A DNA stretch of 63,543 nt, the filler included, from Cystobasidiomycetes sp. EMM_F5 (Eukaryota): the NCBI GenBank assembly GCA_051047955.1. It is 20 parts of 20 records of this genome, joined end to end, with 100 filler letters (N's around TTAATTAATTAA, not from the genome) between each part and the next. Parts side by side here need not be neighbours in the genome. Positions count along the whole stretch, not along the records: positions 12,030 to 15,752 come from JBPGPT010000103.1; positions 15,853 to 19,435 come from JBPGPT010000104.1; positions 19,536 to 23,099 come from JBPGPT010000105.1; positions 23,200 to 26,447 come from JBPGPT010000106.1; positions 26,548 to 29,764 come from JBPGPT010000107.1; 15 more parts are not named here. The stretch is one strand, 5' to 3'. The position numbers and the translations under genes are program-made. The notes beneath the pieces were generated by a model, which was not told the origin of the DNA, did no database searches, and saw only the letters and a program-made list of their open reading frames with translations. The first letter of the stretch is position 1. Each line of letters begins with the position of its first letter. Shown here one piece after another: positions 13,307 to 26,602 of the stretch.

Positions 13307-15337
13307 TTAATGTAGTACATACAATAGGGCCACCGATAATAATAATCCAATTCGGAAGTCGTATGCCGTACTTAATAAAGGGGCAAATGTAATAAGCAAT
13401 AATACAAGTAAACCTAAAATAATAGACAGTGCTAACCGAGTAACCAGCCCTGAATCTAATGTGGCTAAACTTTGGCTGGCATTAGAAAAGGAGTTAGTTA
13501 AACCAAAAGGCCCCAGTTTTTCAATTAGCCCTCTGTCTAAAACTTTGGATGTAGTAAGGCCTAAGCTTAGTGCTCCGTTAATAATGTAATGGTTATAAAT
13601 TACATCAAAATAATATTTTCCATTTAAAAAAGAATATACACGGTTTTGGATCGTGACTTCTGATTTCTTCTCAAGCAGAGCTTGAGAACTTGATTCGTAC
13701 GAACTTGTTTTTGCTTCGTAAACCCCCTTGTCCATTTGGTATAAATATAGGGCAGATAAAGCCCCTAACACACTTCCTACTGCAGGTAATAACTTATAAA
13801 ACAACGGAATGCTAAACTCAGCTTCCACCAGGGTAATGTGTGAAGGGTGCACAAATAAAGCCCCCGAAAGCATATCACTACCTACACCCACAAAGGCATC
13901 TTTGGCCACATAACCAAAAAAAATGGCTAATAAAGACAAGATTACATAAGGAATAACCACAATTAAGGGTTGCTCATGTGTATGCTCATAGTCCCCTTTC
14001 GCAGCATTAGGGTAGGTCAAAAAGGTTATACTAATCAGTCGGAACGAATAAAAGGCCGTAATTATTGCTGTGATTGTACCCAATCAATAGGCCGCATTAC
14101 CACTAAATTCGTATTGTCCATATGCTAATTCTAGGATTAAATCTTTGCTGAAAAACCCAGTTAAAAAAGGAAAGGCCATTAAAGATAATGATCCCACCAA
14201 AATAGCTGTATATGTAAAAGGTAAAAATTTAATTAAACCCCCTAGTTTTCTAAGATCTTGTTGATCCTGCATTGAATGTAACACACCCCCCGCAGCTAAG
14301 AATAATAAAGCTTTGAAAAAGGCATGGTTTACAAGATGAAAGAGTGCCACGTTGTATTGACTAAGACCTACTGCCATAAACAAATATCCCATTTGAGAAC
14401 ATGTAGAGTAGGCAATGACCCGTTTAATATCATTTTGTAATAACCCGGTAGTAGCGGCAAAAAAGGCAGTTAGAGCCCCTACTCATGTAATGACAATTAA
14501 TGTTGTGGGCGCGTATTCTAATAAAGGTGAGGATCGTAGTAATAAATAAACACCTGCAGTTACCAGAGTTGCAGCATGGATTAAAGCAGATACGGGCGTT
14601 GGGCCCTCCATGGCATCAGGTAATCACGTATGTAAACCTAATTGAGCACTTTTACCCATTGCAGCTAATAACAATAATAGTCCAATAATCGTTAGTGCTG
14701 ACTCGTTCATGAAAGGAGATAAACTGAATACAGTACTGTAGTCTAAGTTACCGAATACTCAGAATAGAGCAAAGAACCCTACACTTAAAAACATATCTCC
14801 TACCCGATTAACCGTTATTGCTTTAATAGCTGATTTGTTCGCTTGGATTCGTGTAAATCAGAAACCTACAAGTAAATAGGATGATACACCGATACCCTCT
14901 CACCCTACAAACATAACTAAGTAATTATCCCCTGTTACTAATACAAGCATAAAAAAAGTAAACATTGATAGGTAAGAAAAAAATCTTTGATTGTGAGGGT
15001 CCCCCACCGCGTGAGAGGTTGGCCCTATGTAATCAACGGAAAAAATGTGTACTAATGAAGAAACCACTAGCACAGGTAATAGCATAGATACGGTTAAACT
15101 ATCAAATAAAAATCCTCAGTTTACTAGTATTGATTCCGAATCAATTCAGCTCGCTAAGTTAATGACTACGGGACTCCCCGATAAACTTACTTCATAAAAA
15201 GCGACAATAGATAGTAAGGCAGAAGCGACTAGCGCCGTACAAGTAATAATGTGAGCTCCAGTTACACCTATTTTTCTACCTAGTAACCCAGCAGTTAAAG
15301 CACCTAATATTGGTAAAGCTAAAATAGTTAAATACAT
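13307..15337 (-). CDS. nad5: NADH dehydrogenase subunit 5 (mitochondrial, TGA=Trp), about 676 aa, intronless
   Basis: The ORF-track fragments join into one frame when TGA is read as Trp: MYLTILALP..., [49 protein letters not shown]. Confidence 0.97.
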
Positions 15338-15604
15338 TTATTGCGCTAATGAAATATTACCCCGTAAGCGATAGTAAGCAACTAAAATTCCTAAGCCAAT
15401 GGCTGATTCAGCACCTGCAATAGCAATAATGTAGACGCTGTAGGTTTGTCCAACAATGTCATCAAAACTAAATGAGCTAACAATGACTAAAAGTGTTACT
15501 GCAAGTAGCATAATTTCAATTGAAATTAACATTAAAAGAATATTTTTTCGGTTAAGCACAAAGCCTAAAATACCAATTAAAAACAAGACAAGAGATAAAT
15601 TCAT
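15338..15604 (-). CDS. nad4L: NADH dehydrogenase subunit 4L (88 aa), directly abutting nad5 (TAA-ATG)
   Basis: MNLSLVLFLIGILGFVLNRKNILLMLISIEIMLL...AGAESAIGLGILVAYYRLRG; conserved nad4L-nad5 gene pair. Confidence 0.97.
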   Translation of the reverse strand: MNLSLVLFLIGILGFVLNRKNILLMLISIEIMLLAVTLLVIVSSFSFDDIVGQTYSVYIIAIAGAESAIGLGILVAYYRLRGNISLAQ

Positions 15605-16584
15605 TAAATTAAATTGTTGTTTGATAAATCGTTTATACATCAAAGACAATATTTTTACATTAAAACCCTTTTTCTTAAAATAGGTTTTCAGGGTTCAAGT
15701 TTTTCGTTGCTGAGTTTGTTGAATATGTTGCTGAGTTTGTTGAATAAACTTCNNNNNNNNNNNNNNNNNNNNNNNNNNNNNNNNNNNNNNNNNNNNTTAA
15801 TTAATTAANNNNNNNNNNNNNNNNNNNNNNNNNNNNNNNNNNNNNNNNNNNNATGGCGATGATGCTGCTTTCGAGCTGCTCCTGCAATATGGGAGGGATT
15901 CTGAAATCCTGCGGCTTCACGTCCAGTTCAAGCTCCGGCTTTAGCTCCAGCTCCAGCGCACCGATAAAGACGAGGGCGCAGATGACTTTGAGCATGACTA
16001 ATCTGCAGATTTAACAACGAAATTTTTCTCTTGTGTAAAGGCTGGAGGTTCTACGCCAACCCGTTGTAGGATAGATGCATAGATACCAGCCGGACGGAAG
16101 CGAAGCCTTGTATCTGTAGGCAGTATTCCGTTGTACTAGCTTAAGGAATGTCGACCAACTCCGCGGCACTCACTTATCGCCAACCTACTCTGGGTTCGAC
16201 GTAGCGAGGCGCTTTGGGGAGTTGGAAGTTGATGATGTATCGAGAAAACTGACTTTGTCAGCAGCAGTAGTAGCAGGCGGGTAATTTGACGTTGGTGTTC
16301 GCACAGAACACGCTATGGGAAAATGCAGAAGTGTGTAGACTGTGTCGTGCATGTAAAGGAGGAGAGCAGAAAAGACTGAGTGAAGCTTTCAGCAAAGAAA
16401 GTCGAAGTTGAGTACGTGGCTTGGGAGCTGAGCATGTAATACCAGCTCGTCATGGTGTTCTTGCGCTCGCTTAAGCAGAGATCTGGACTGGCTGTTCCCG
16501 CGCTCGTCCGCGTCTTGCAACACGATCCGCCCTCGATTCTGCGACTGGAACATAGATTTGATATTCTACTGGGTCGTCGGGTCC

Positions 16585-18031
16585 CTAACCAACACCGAAT
16601 TTCATGCGTTTGGCCGCAGGTGAAGTACCGTTGACCAGCGTACGCTCGGCTGGGTCAGCTTCGTCGTCGGTATCCACAAGCTTGCCTTTTCCCTTGCGCT
16701 TGGTACCGCCTGGCTTCTGGCCCTTGGTAGTGGCTGCTTCATTGTTCGCTTGAGCTTTTGCGGCCTTCGTGCCCGTTTTGTTCTTTGTTCCTTTGGTGGC
16801 GGCAGCAGCCCCCTTGTTTTTCTCTCCGACGGTATCCTGCTCTTCCGTCTGCGCATCATCTTGACTTGCCTTGGCTCCTTTGGCCTTGCCGCGAGATTTT
16901 CGAGACTTGGAGGGTTTGTCGGTCGAAACTTCATCAGGCTTCTTTGGCTTTTTGGGCCTCCGAGTTACAAAGTTAATTTCTACCTGCTGCCGTGCTAGTA
17001 GCTTGAGGTTTTCAAAGGCATGGCAGACGCAACACAGCAGCAGAACCGACTCTTGCTGAGCATCTGGCCCCAAAATGGCAGTGAGTTCGGAGAATGCTGT
17101 GCCGACCAGGTGGTAGAGAGTTGCAGAAGGCTGGGCCTCTGCCTGCCGTGTACGGAGGTGAGATTCGCACTCGTCCGAAGGGATAGTAGTTCGAACTACC
17201 GGCATCAGGGTCGGTGCCATTTTTCCCTTGACCATGTTGGCGAAAGTGCTGCGCGCTTGGGCATTGTATGCATGACCGCATGTATGCCCAACCAATTGTA
17301 CCAGTATCCACATTGTGACAGCGAGATCCCTGGGAGTTTCTGTGTAATTTGTTGTTGCAGCCAGGATTTCTATAGCTGCAGCTTCGAGGATGGTCTTGAG
17401 AATAAACTTCTTGTCAGACTCGGTGATTGATTGATAGTGAGTTGTAAAGGAAGGGTGGTCGTTGAGGATAGTCTGAACTCCGAAAACGAGTTTGGCCAGT
17501 GCGGGAGCCATCATCTCGAGGATGTCTGCGTCAGAAGCCTGCAGATCTGTAGAATGAACTGAACGCATTAGACTGAGTATGCGTGACATTGAGTGCCAGC
17601 TTGCCTTCAGCGAGTGCTGCATTTTGGGCATTTTCCACGGCATTGCCAACCTCTACAACCGGCTCGGCGACAACAGGCAGTGCTGCAGTCGCGTCGACGT
17701 CGACTGCATCCAATGCCGCAGTCTCGACTACATCAGGCACAGTGTCGTCGACGGCAACGTTGTGGGAGTCATCGATGACAAGATCCAATTCATGTTGCTC
17801 TTGCGCCCATGTCATGTTGTCGTTGTCTGGCTGAGAGTCTGGCACGATAGAGTCGCTGCCATCGTCAGAATGGATTCCGTCATGGGCTGTTGGATTGTTT
17901 GCCTGATAGTCATCATTGTCCTCTTGATTCTTGTTCTGAGTGTTTGTAACCGGGACCTTGGCATTGACATCGACATCACCCAGTCGCACGTCATATTTTA
18001 GGTAGTCGACTTGTCGCCAGCAGTTGACCAA
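16585..18031 (-). CDS. Hypothetical protein (acidic N-part, helical core, Lys-rich C-terminus); probably two ORFs joined by an intron
   Basis: Overlapping ORFs 17531-18031 (D/E/V-rich) and 16585-17649 (354 aa, basic NLS-like tail); no recognisable domain. Confidence 0.45.
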
Positions 18032-19667
18032 GTCGGACAGACATTCGTCCCTGACCTGGGACGGCAGGATCTCGCTGACCTGGTCTCAGTCGCGCTCTGC
18101 TGGCGAGGAAATCTGGAACAATCTCACTGGGCGGTTGCCAGCGCGGTCAAGAGTGCGTCCAACGCGGCACAACCAACTGGTGGTGTAGATGGGCAGACGG
18201 GAAGCATTTGAGAGAGATTGATAGAGCAGACAGTGTTAGATGGAACAGACTAAAGCCTGGGCGAAAGGAAGCTAGGTGGACGCCTCGCATAGCTCAATGT
18301 GCCTACCATGACTCTGGTCATCCACTGGAATGTCGCAAAAGGAACCTAGTATGTCGCCCAGTCAGCTACGCTCCATTGTCGCCCGCCCTCAGCGGAAGAG
18401 TGGGAAATGTCCGGGTTCCTGTTGGAGCCATTGTAGGACTTACAGCGACTGTCCACCATATCAGACACTGTAGTGATGGACGTGTGTTGTTGTGCTGCTC
18501 GTCCTTACAGACGGATTGTTGTGAAACCAGTCTGTTTTCGAGAGCGTCCTTGCCCAGGTCCATTACGTGTAAGTCACGTGCCGGTCGAGCGAAAATGGAC
18601 AAGAGTAGAAGTCGAGCATGCTGCAGACGGAGGATACAACGATACAGATGAATGATAGTAGTGCGTCTGCTGCCCCAGCTCTTTCAAACAGGACGGGAGA
18701 GTAACAAGCTGGGTCAGGCAAAGACGCGTAGAAGGGTACTCCGCTGGAAAGGCGGAAGTGTATGCGGAAGAGCACATCGAGAAGGCTGTCTGTATCAAAC
18801 AGAGCTAGCCAAACAAGCGCTACGCGATTGCCCGCTACATCTGTTGTTTTGATGTGTTGGTAATCGGCGATGAATGCTAAAGTATGCAAAGATACCTCGG
18901 CTAGGAGGCGATCTGAAGAGGCATCTCGGTCAAACCCTGTTGCTGACAAGAGTAGTGGATATGGCTCACAAGGAGCCTAGTTTCGGTTGTTTTGGTGAAA
19001 GGTCGACCGTACTTGACTCTCCGGTTGCGAAATGGCAATGGCTAGTCAAGACAGTTGCGACATTGCGAGTCGTTCCTCTGTAAAGAGGACGTGTACTCTG
19101 CGATTGTATGAGTGTGGTTCATCGTCATTGACGTGTAGCGGATGGACTGAAGCCCGGCGTCACAAGCAAGTGACGGCCTTGTTGTACAGCTGTAAAAGCG
19201 GGTAATTTAACGTAGGCATTATGCTGCCTGACCTTGCCAATGCTAGACCTTTAGGACCGGATTGGAGGTAGGCTGCCAGCTCAGCGAGGAATGAGAAAAG
19301 AGACAAAGTCAAAGTCAAAGGGAAGCAGACCAAGAGTCGAGAGCCGATGAAGTACGAGGAGGGCGGAGCCTGTATTGGACTGCATAGCAGAGTTGCACAA
19401 CGATGGCAGGAAGGTAAGCTAAGCCGTTGATTTGANNNNNNNNNNNNNNNNNNNNNNNNNNNNNNNNNNNNNNNNNNNNTTAATTAATTAANNNNNNNNN
19501 NNNNNNNNNNNNNNNNNNNNNNNNNNNNNNNNNNNTCTTGTCTCCAACAACTGTACAGCGATGGCTTGTTGAATATCAGGCCTGTACCCATGCTGTACAC
19601 CTACGATAAACGCGCTCAGACCGCGTCCATGAAAGCGTGACACTGTTATACGCGCCCTGAAGATAAG

Positions 19668-22606
19668 ATGCCAAACAGCGAAGGCAGTCCTGCCGAAGAG
19701 GACTATGTTCCAGCCAGCGAGCAGGCTGCGCGGAACAAGAACACGTCCTTTGGTCTGTACCACGACGTGCCAGACTCTGTCAGGATGACCATCAGAACGC
19801 CTCAGCTGGCGGCTGCAACGACTCCGACCATAATAGGCACTCTGTTTACGCATTATGCGCACAGGCTCGCAGCGTTGGCAAAGCGCGATAAGACCGCGGA
19901 CAGGGACTCGCATCACTCCAAGAGGTCTCTGTTGGGGCGACGCAAGCATCGAAGGGCGGCCGCGGATGGAGCGACTTCAGCGACTTCTCAGAACAAGGTG
20001 GCTGCGGGACACCCGGATGGCGATCAGAGCGCTCCGCGATACACAGTTGCCGAGGAGAATCCGTCACTGATAGATCTGTCATATGATGAAGGCATTCGAG
20101 TAATACGAGCCTTTCTGGCTTTTGCTAGAAAGCATACTCTAGAAGACTTGCAATCTTTCACCGCGACTCGCATTCCGGCACCTGTATACGTCAGGAAGCG
20201 TATCGTGATAGTGCCTTATGAGAACTGTATTGATAAGGCGGAAAGACTGCTAGAGAAGCAATTGCAGAGCTACGGAGTAATCGGCATGGAGCGTGTAGGG
20301 GGACTCAACTGGTGGAAAGTACGAGGCCGAGAGTTAGAGGGCGAGTGGATAGAGGTAAGATCAGACGCAAGGTTGCTTTTTGCCGGTTCCGTTCCTTCAC
20401 GCGCTGAATTGAACTCGCTCATTCTGCCTCCTTCAGATGAAGCGAGACTACGTCAAGCGACAAGCTGCGCAATCTTCTAATGCTGTCGACAAAAATGTCA
20501 TGCACCGTTCCGAGCGAGTAATGGTGAGAGAATTGACGGACGATGTAGTCTCCGCTAAAATCGCTCTTCAGCTGTACATACACGGCGGGGCCTACTTCTT
20601 CTCGTAAGTAACGTGTTTGCAGTATCAGGCTGCAAGAATTGACATATGTGCATTCAGATCTCTAGATACGCAGTGAGCCATCCCATAAGCTCAATCTATC
20701 GATTTCCTCTGACCACCGCGCTCAGCCGATACCAGATCCAACGCCATGCCCGGAAACTCGGCGGGAGGGCTTTCGCAACATCGTATCGTTTGGCACCGCA
20801 GTATCCCTTTCCCTGCGGCTTGCTAGATTGCTTAGCTTCCTACCTATATCTGACCGATCCGCCCGCCGGTGCTCCACATAAGGCTGTGCACCCATCCTGT
20901 CTTGTCCTTGCCGGCGATTCTGCGGGTGGTGGGATGATCATTGCACTGTTGGTCATGCTTCGGGACCTTGGTTTTCAGCAGCCTGCCGGAGCTGTGCTGC
21001 TGTCGCCATGGGTAGATTTGACACATAGTTTTCCTAGCATCATGCAAAATGGCAAGACAGACTACATCCCAGCAGATGGCTTCCACTACAGACCAAGTCT
21101 GGCCTGGCCACCGGTGTCAGGCACCGTTTTGGAGGTGGAGAATGTCAAGGGCGAAGAGCCAATTCATGTTCACGAGCAGATTCAGCTGTACTGTCCAAAC
21201 GTACTGTTGACTCATCCGCTCGTCAGCCCAGTCAACCTTGGAAGTCTCGGAGGCCTGTGTCCTCTTCTCATCGTGAGCAAGTTCAGATCTCACGGCGGCT
21301 CTTACTGAACTTCCTCTGGCTACAGCAATCTGGAGGCGGAGAACTTTTGCGGGATGAACAGATTTACCTCGCTCACAAGGCCGCTGCGCCAACGAAGTAT
21401 CCACCTTCTGCAACAGTACTTGCCGACTATCCTGAGGAGGCCGACATCCTCAATAAGTACCCTCCTACCCAAGTCCAATTACAAGTATTCGATGGTTGCG
21501 CGCATGTCATCCCCACGTTGAGCATTACTGTACCGGCCAAATACATGTACAGATCTGCAGCGAATTTTGGTATTTGGGCCATAACAGTTGCGCAGCATAA
21601 GAGGCAGATAGACGACGCCAAAAGCGTGCAACGCCAGCACATAGGATCCCATGACAAGTCTAGTCTGACCAAGACCTCAACTCAATCGCGTCCGCAGAAG
21701 CCATCAGATGTCGGGAATATTCGCTCTCGGAATGCGACGTTGGACAGCGAGAAATCTGTCCTTTACGACAGCCCACTCGCTAGCGGCTCGACAACTCCGG
21801 CCACGTCGGTACCGTCAGCAACGACATCGTCTACTGGCGGCCTGACGGAGCGTCTACACAGACTAGCCAATGAGCAGCCAATATGCGATGCCGACGTTCA
21901 AAGTGAAGGCACCAACTCTCCTGCAGATGACGTGTCCGATGAATCATCTTCGTCTAATCCTGATGATCAGACTGACGAGGGGAATACTGTTTCCAACAAG
22001 GCCATCAGCAGCAACAGGGGCATAAAAACACAACAAAATCGGGTTACCGTGCAAGGCCATGTTCCCTCTTTTGGTCCCGGCAAGATCATCCGCCAAAGAG
22101 TTTCATGTCATGGCTATATACGTGAAATGGAGCCAGAGGCGCAAGTTCCAGCACTACAAGTCTCGCCAGACAATGTTGGCCGCGTGCGTATAACTGGTCC
22201 TATACGAGGCTGGCTGACAACAAGAGACAAAATGGAGGCTAAGTATGCTCACGACCTGCAAAAGTATCGCAAAATCAAAGCGGATGACTATGAGCTAGCT
22301 AAGAAGCATGGATTTCTAACTCGTACATTACATAATGACAATCCTCCAATCTGTTCTTTGGCATCTTGGTATGACCCAAATCTAGCACGCGCAGCTGGTC
22401 GCTCGGTGGATGAACAAGGCACGCGTTCATCAGCAGCTATGATGATGTATATGAAGATGAGCAGTAGGAAGGATGCCGAAATGGTCGGCCACTATCAAGA
22501 TACCTCACAAGAGGCTGTCGATAGCGAGCTAGTGAGGATGACAACCAGGCAAGAGCATCACGAGGCAGTTATTCCGCCCAAACCGAAACAGAGCTTAGAT
22601 CCATGA
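19668..22606 (+). CDS. Alpha/beta hydrolase (HSL-like Abhydrolase_3 lipase/esterase), multi-exon
   Basis: LYIHGGAYFF (about 20572-20601), YRLAPQYPFP, GDSAGG nucleophile elbow, LLSPWVD, ELLRDE, acidic/Ser-rich C-terminal extension. Confidence 0.88.
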
Positions 22607-23199
22607 CTGGGTGGGGTGATGTTGACATTATCGCAAATGTGTATCAAGCCATTGTTGCGTATTTGAAGCAGTACGGTTTCCGCATTGTGGTAAACAGGTT
22701 CTGGCTCGCAGACACAGGTAACACTGACAACTTGAAGCAACACTGTTCCGTTTTGGCGCCTCGATTCCCGGACCCCCAAACGTCGGCGGAGTCGTCTTTT
22801 TCTCTACTGACCCACCGATGCTTTGAGCGCCCGCCGGAGAGGACGGACGATGATGCTTCTTTCGTATGAATAGGCCATGTAAGTATACAGCGCGGTTTGG
22901 TCCAGGATCTCAAACCCGATTGGAGCGCAGGTGCCTGCCAGTGGTGGCCCGAACTGGTCGATTTCAGTGACACTGGTCGCACTGCTCGGACCAGTCTGGT
23001 CGAAACTGGTCGCACTGGTTGACTGCTCGGACGAGGGTCGTTGCTAGTCGGAACTGATCGCATCAACGAAAACAGCCAAAAAACTCTTTGTCTGGGAATN
23101 NNNNNNNNNNNNNNNNNNNNNNNNNNNNNNNNNNNNNNNNNNNTTAATTAATTAANNNNNNNNNNNNNNNNNNNNNNNNNNNNNNNNNNNNNNNNNNNN

Positions 23200-24685
23200 G
23201 AACAAGTAGCCTTGAAGGTGCCCGGACTTGACCGTCTGCAACTGCGCAGGTAGATCAGACCATCAGTATGATGTATGATACACCGAAATCGCTTGAAACA
23301 CCACAGACCTATATCGCCATACACTTTCTTCCACGCATCAATTCCCGGGTTCGGATCATCATAGGCGGCCGAAGCCTGGGGACGTGCTTCCGTATAGAGT
23401 TGCACAAGCTTCTCGGCAACATCCCGACTGTAATAGTTGTTGACTTGCAGCAGAAGGCTGACACGGTCGTTCGGGGGATTTGTCTCGCGGTAGAGCGTCT
23501 CTTCGTGCTTTGTCTCGGAGATGAGAAGCTTCATACGACGATTCTTGAACTCCTTAGCGAAAGCCCCATTTGCAAATTGTTTGCTGATGTTGTTGTGGAT
23601 GAAGATTCCGTCCGACACAGGTCGGAAAGTGTGAGTGCGCAGTTTCATGGCGAGATCACAGAGCGATTTTGCAGACGCTTGTCGCAAAGCCGCCATTCTC
23701 TCAATGCTTGTCGACTGTAGTGGTATGTTCAGAGCTGCAAGCACCTCATCAAATTGTATCTGCGCCTCGCCAACAGTCTTTGGATTGGTCAGAATCGCAT
23801 TCGAGTATCTGGTGGCTTGTTGTTAGATGTCATCTGTCCACCTGCTTCCCAGCGGCCGTGGTAGAACTTACAGGATCGCGCTTTTAAACGGAATAGTCTC
23901 AGAAGACGGAGCCATCAGAAAATCGTATGCCAACTGGCTGTGTACGCTGTATGCGCCGGCGCTACGGCCCATCAACGTAATACGATCTGGATCTCCGCCG
24001 AACCGGACTGCGTTGCGCCTGATCCATTCGATAGCCATGCGCTGATCCCACAGTCCGTAGTTGCCCGCAGCCCCCTGCTCGTCTTCCTCTTGCAATTCCA
24101 TTCCAGCCAAGAATCCGAGTATGCCGAGTCGATACGTTGGCGATATGAAGATTGCCCGCAGGTCTGCTCCGCGTCGCGCGATGAGCTCTGTGGGATCCAT
24201 GGTAGGATCTGCCGCATCGCCAATTTGGAAGAATCCGCCTGTAGACGTACGAAAGACCTGTCAGTAAATTCTTGACCGGCAGACATTCGTCTCCATTGCT
24301 GCAACCCACCATGAAACCAAATGAGAACTGGCCAGCCTTCGGGGGGAGCTGGCACGGCCGGCATCCATATATTGAGATTCAGACAATCTTCATCATAGCC
24401 GACGTTGTTCGTCGTTGGCTTCAGACTAACGTACGACGCCTGAGGACACAGTGGGCCTGGCTGGGTGCAGTCCAGGTTGCCATAACTGAACCCATCTGGC
24501 AGCTTTCGCGGGCGTTTCCAGCGGTATTCTCCGACAGGCGGAAGGCAGTATGGTATCTTCAGAAAACGACGAACCAGTGGCTCTCCGGTTTTCGAGTGGT
24601 ATTCGAGTCCATTGAGCGTACCCAGTGATCCGAGCGATAGAGAGCACGGTGAGCTGCGATAGTCGGCGGATAGAACGTTGCCCAT
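23200..24685 (-). CDS. Carboxylesterase type B (COesterase), 3' truncated
   Basis: IPYCLPPVGEYRW, EDCLNLNIW, WFHGG, YRLGILGFL, GNYGLWDQ, FGGDPDRITLMGRSAGA. Confidence 0.92.
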
Positions 24686-25012
24686 GGTTTCAGCGGCAAG
24701 GAAGCCTCGACGTCAAAGACCAACGACAGAGCATAGTACTCGTTTTCTTTGCATTATCGTTTTTTGCAACTTATGTTGTGCCCATAGATCATGACCCGAC
24801 GGTTCCGACGGTCTTCTGAAGGCGAGGAATCTGCGATTGCCGGGGAATGATAAGGCGGCATAATGTGCACAATAGCATATGGTATGTGCGCTCAGATAAT
24901 TAGGCGATTTGGGTAGCGATTTGATTGGAGAAAACGCAAGTTCATATCCTTTTATCTAGATCTGAGTGTACATTACGTTTCGCATTTTGGCTCTGCTACA
25001 ACGATGCTGACC

Positions 25013-26447
25013 CTACGTTAGTTTGAGACCGTCAAAGACCGCTTTCAATGCTGCCTCCAACTTGTCGACAATCTCCTCGATTTCGTGCGTCTCCACAGTG
25101 TACGGTGGTGCGATGAGGATATGGTCGCCCACAACACCGTCAAACTGCAGTGTGCATCAGCGGAGGAGTGAATGATGTGGAATATGCCATCGACAGCTCA
25201 CCGTGCCCTTCCCTCCGGGATACACCGCTAGCCCTGATGCGCGACAAGCTGCTTCTATGAGGTCGGCCAAAGGGATTTCGACTGGGAAGCATGTCTTGTC
25301 CTGCTTGCTTAGCACAAACTCCATGCCCCAGAATAGGCCTCTGCCTCTGTCACGTCGGAACCTCAGCGCTGTCTCCACAGAACTAGAGTGCAGCCGTTGC
25401 TTACCGGATGTCTCCCACATATGGATGAGATGAGAAGCGATCTCGAAGCAGGCGCTCCAGAATAGCGCCTTGCGACTTGCAATGCTCGACCAGGTTGTCA
25501 TGCCTGATGATCTCTTGTACCTTAAGAGCAGCACGACACGCCAACACGTGCGATTGGAAAGTATGCCCGTTATTAAAGGCGCCGCTGCCTTGCCTGAACG
25601 TCGCGACTACGCTCGAAGAAAGAAGTACTGCCGAAAGTGGGATGTAGCCGCTGGCTAGAGCCTTGCCAACGATAACCACATCCGGGACGATTCCCTCCCA
25701 TTCATACGCATACATCTTCCCAGTTCGGCCCACTAGTAATTCGGCTGCATTAGCGCTGAAGCATGTAGAAGAGCGCAATTGCGTACTGCCACACATGATC
25801 TCGTCGAGGACCAGCAGGACGCCGTAGCGTTTGCACACGTCCTGCATAGCTGCAAAGTACCCCTCGGGAGCTGTCACGCATCCAGTCGTAGCGCCCACGA
25901 CTGCGAAAGAAGGCGTCACGACGCTGACTGGACTGAGTATTGTTGCTCGTGACTCACCGGTCTCCGCGTAAAAGGCAGCCACTTTGTCCGTGCCGAGCTC
26001 CTGTATTTTGCCCTCTAGTTCAGCAGCCAGGCGAGCGACGTACTTAGAGGTAGACTCGTTATCGTGTTGATACCGGTAAGCGTAAGCGGGAGAGACGTGG
26101 TGAAAGATGCTAGGGAAGAGAGGCTCATAAGGCGCGCGTCGAGCGCGATGATGGCTCAAAGCCAGCGTGGTTATCGAATTGCCATGATATGATCTTTTCC
26201 GGCCAATGTAATGGATTCTTTGCGGTTGACCGTTCTCGATATGATATTGTCGACACAGTTTCACCGAACAATCGATGGCTTCCTGCAGATGTTTGTTCAA
26301 GCGAAAGGCCGCAAGAATGACAGCAAAAGGACCTCACCGTTCCTCCGCTGTAGAAGACAACCTTTTCCATGCCCGAAAGACGGGCAAGGTCAGCTGCGAG
26401 CTGCTCGGCTGGCTGCATAAGGGTAGATTGCAAAGTCAGCTGCTACA
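25013..26447 (-). CDS. Class III PLP-dependent aminotransferase, 5' truncated
   Basis: SYHGNS, VGATTGC, LLVLDEIMCG, GRTG, PDVVIVGKALASGYIPLS, GHTF, RGRGLFWGMEF, GDHILIAPPY. Confidence 0.92.
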
Positions 26448-26547
26448 NNNNNNNNNNNNNNNNNNNNNNNNNNNNNNNNNNNNNNNNNNNNTTAATTAAT
26501 TAANNNNNNNNNNNNNNNNNNNNNNNNNNNNNNNNNNNNNNNNNNNN

Positions 26548-26602
26548 ACACCTGACGTCTTCTTGCTCCGCTTGTTTGACGGTCAAACCGTTCGTTCTGA
26601 CG
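26548..26602 (+). repeat. 55-bp palindrome-core element, copy 1 (left contig end)
   Basis: ACACCTGACGTCTTCTTGCTCCGCTTGTTTGACGGTCAAACCGTTCGTTCTGACG; exact reverse complement of 29710-29764. Confidence 0.95.

Noticed and set aside
15605..15649. N-terminal extension of nad4L in the ORF track
   Set aside because: It comes from an upstream non-ATG start; the ATG at 15604 gives the typical 88-aa protein.
25021..25037. GTTTGAGACCGTCAAA resembling the 55-bp element core
   Set aside because: It lies in the last codons of the aminotransferase, the palindrome spacing is wrong and the CCTGACGTC box is absent; likely chance.
26548..26602. 55-bp element as a Helitron 3' end (hairpin + CTRR)
   Set aside because: CTGA is followed by conserved C(G) rather than the target T, and no Rep/helicase is visible. 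Not fully excluded, but unsupported.
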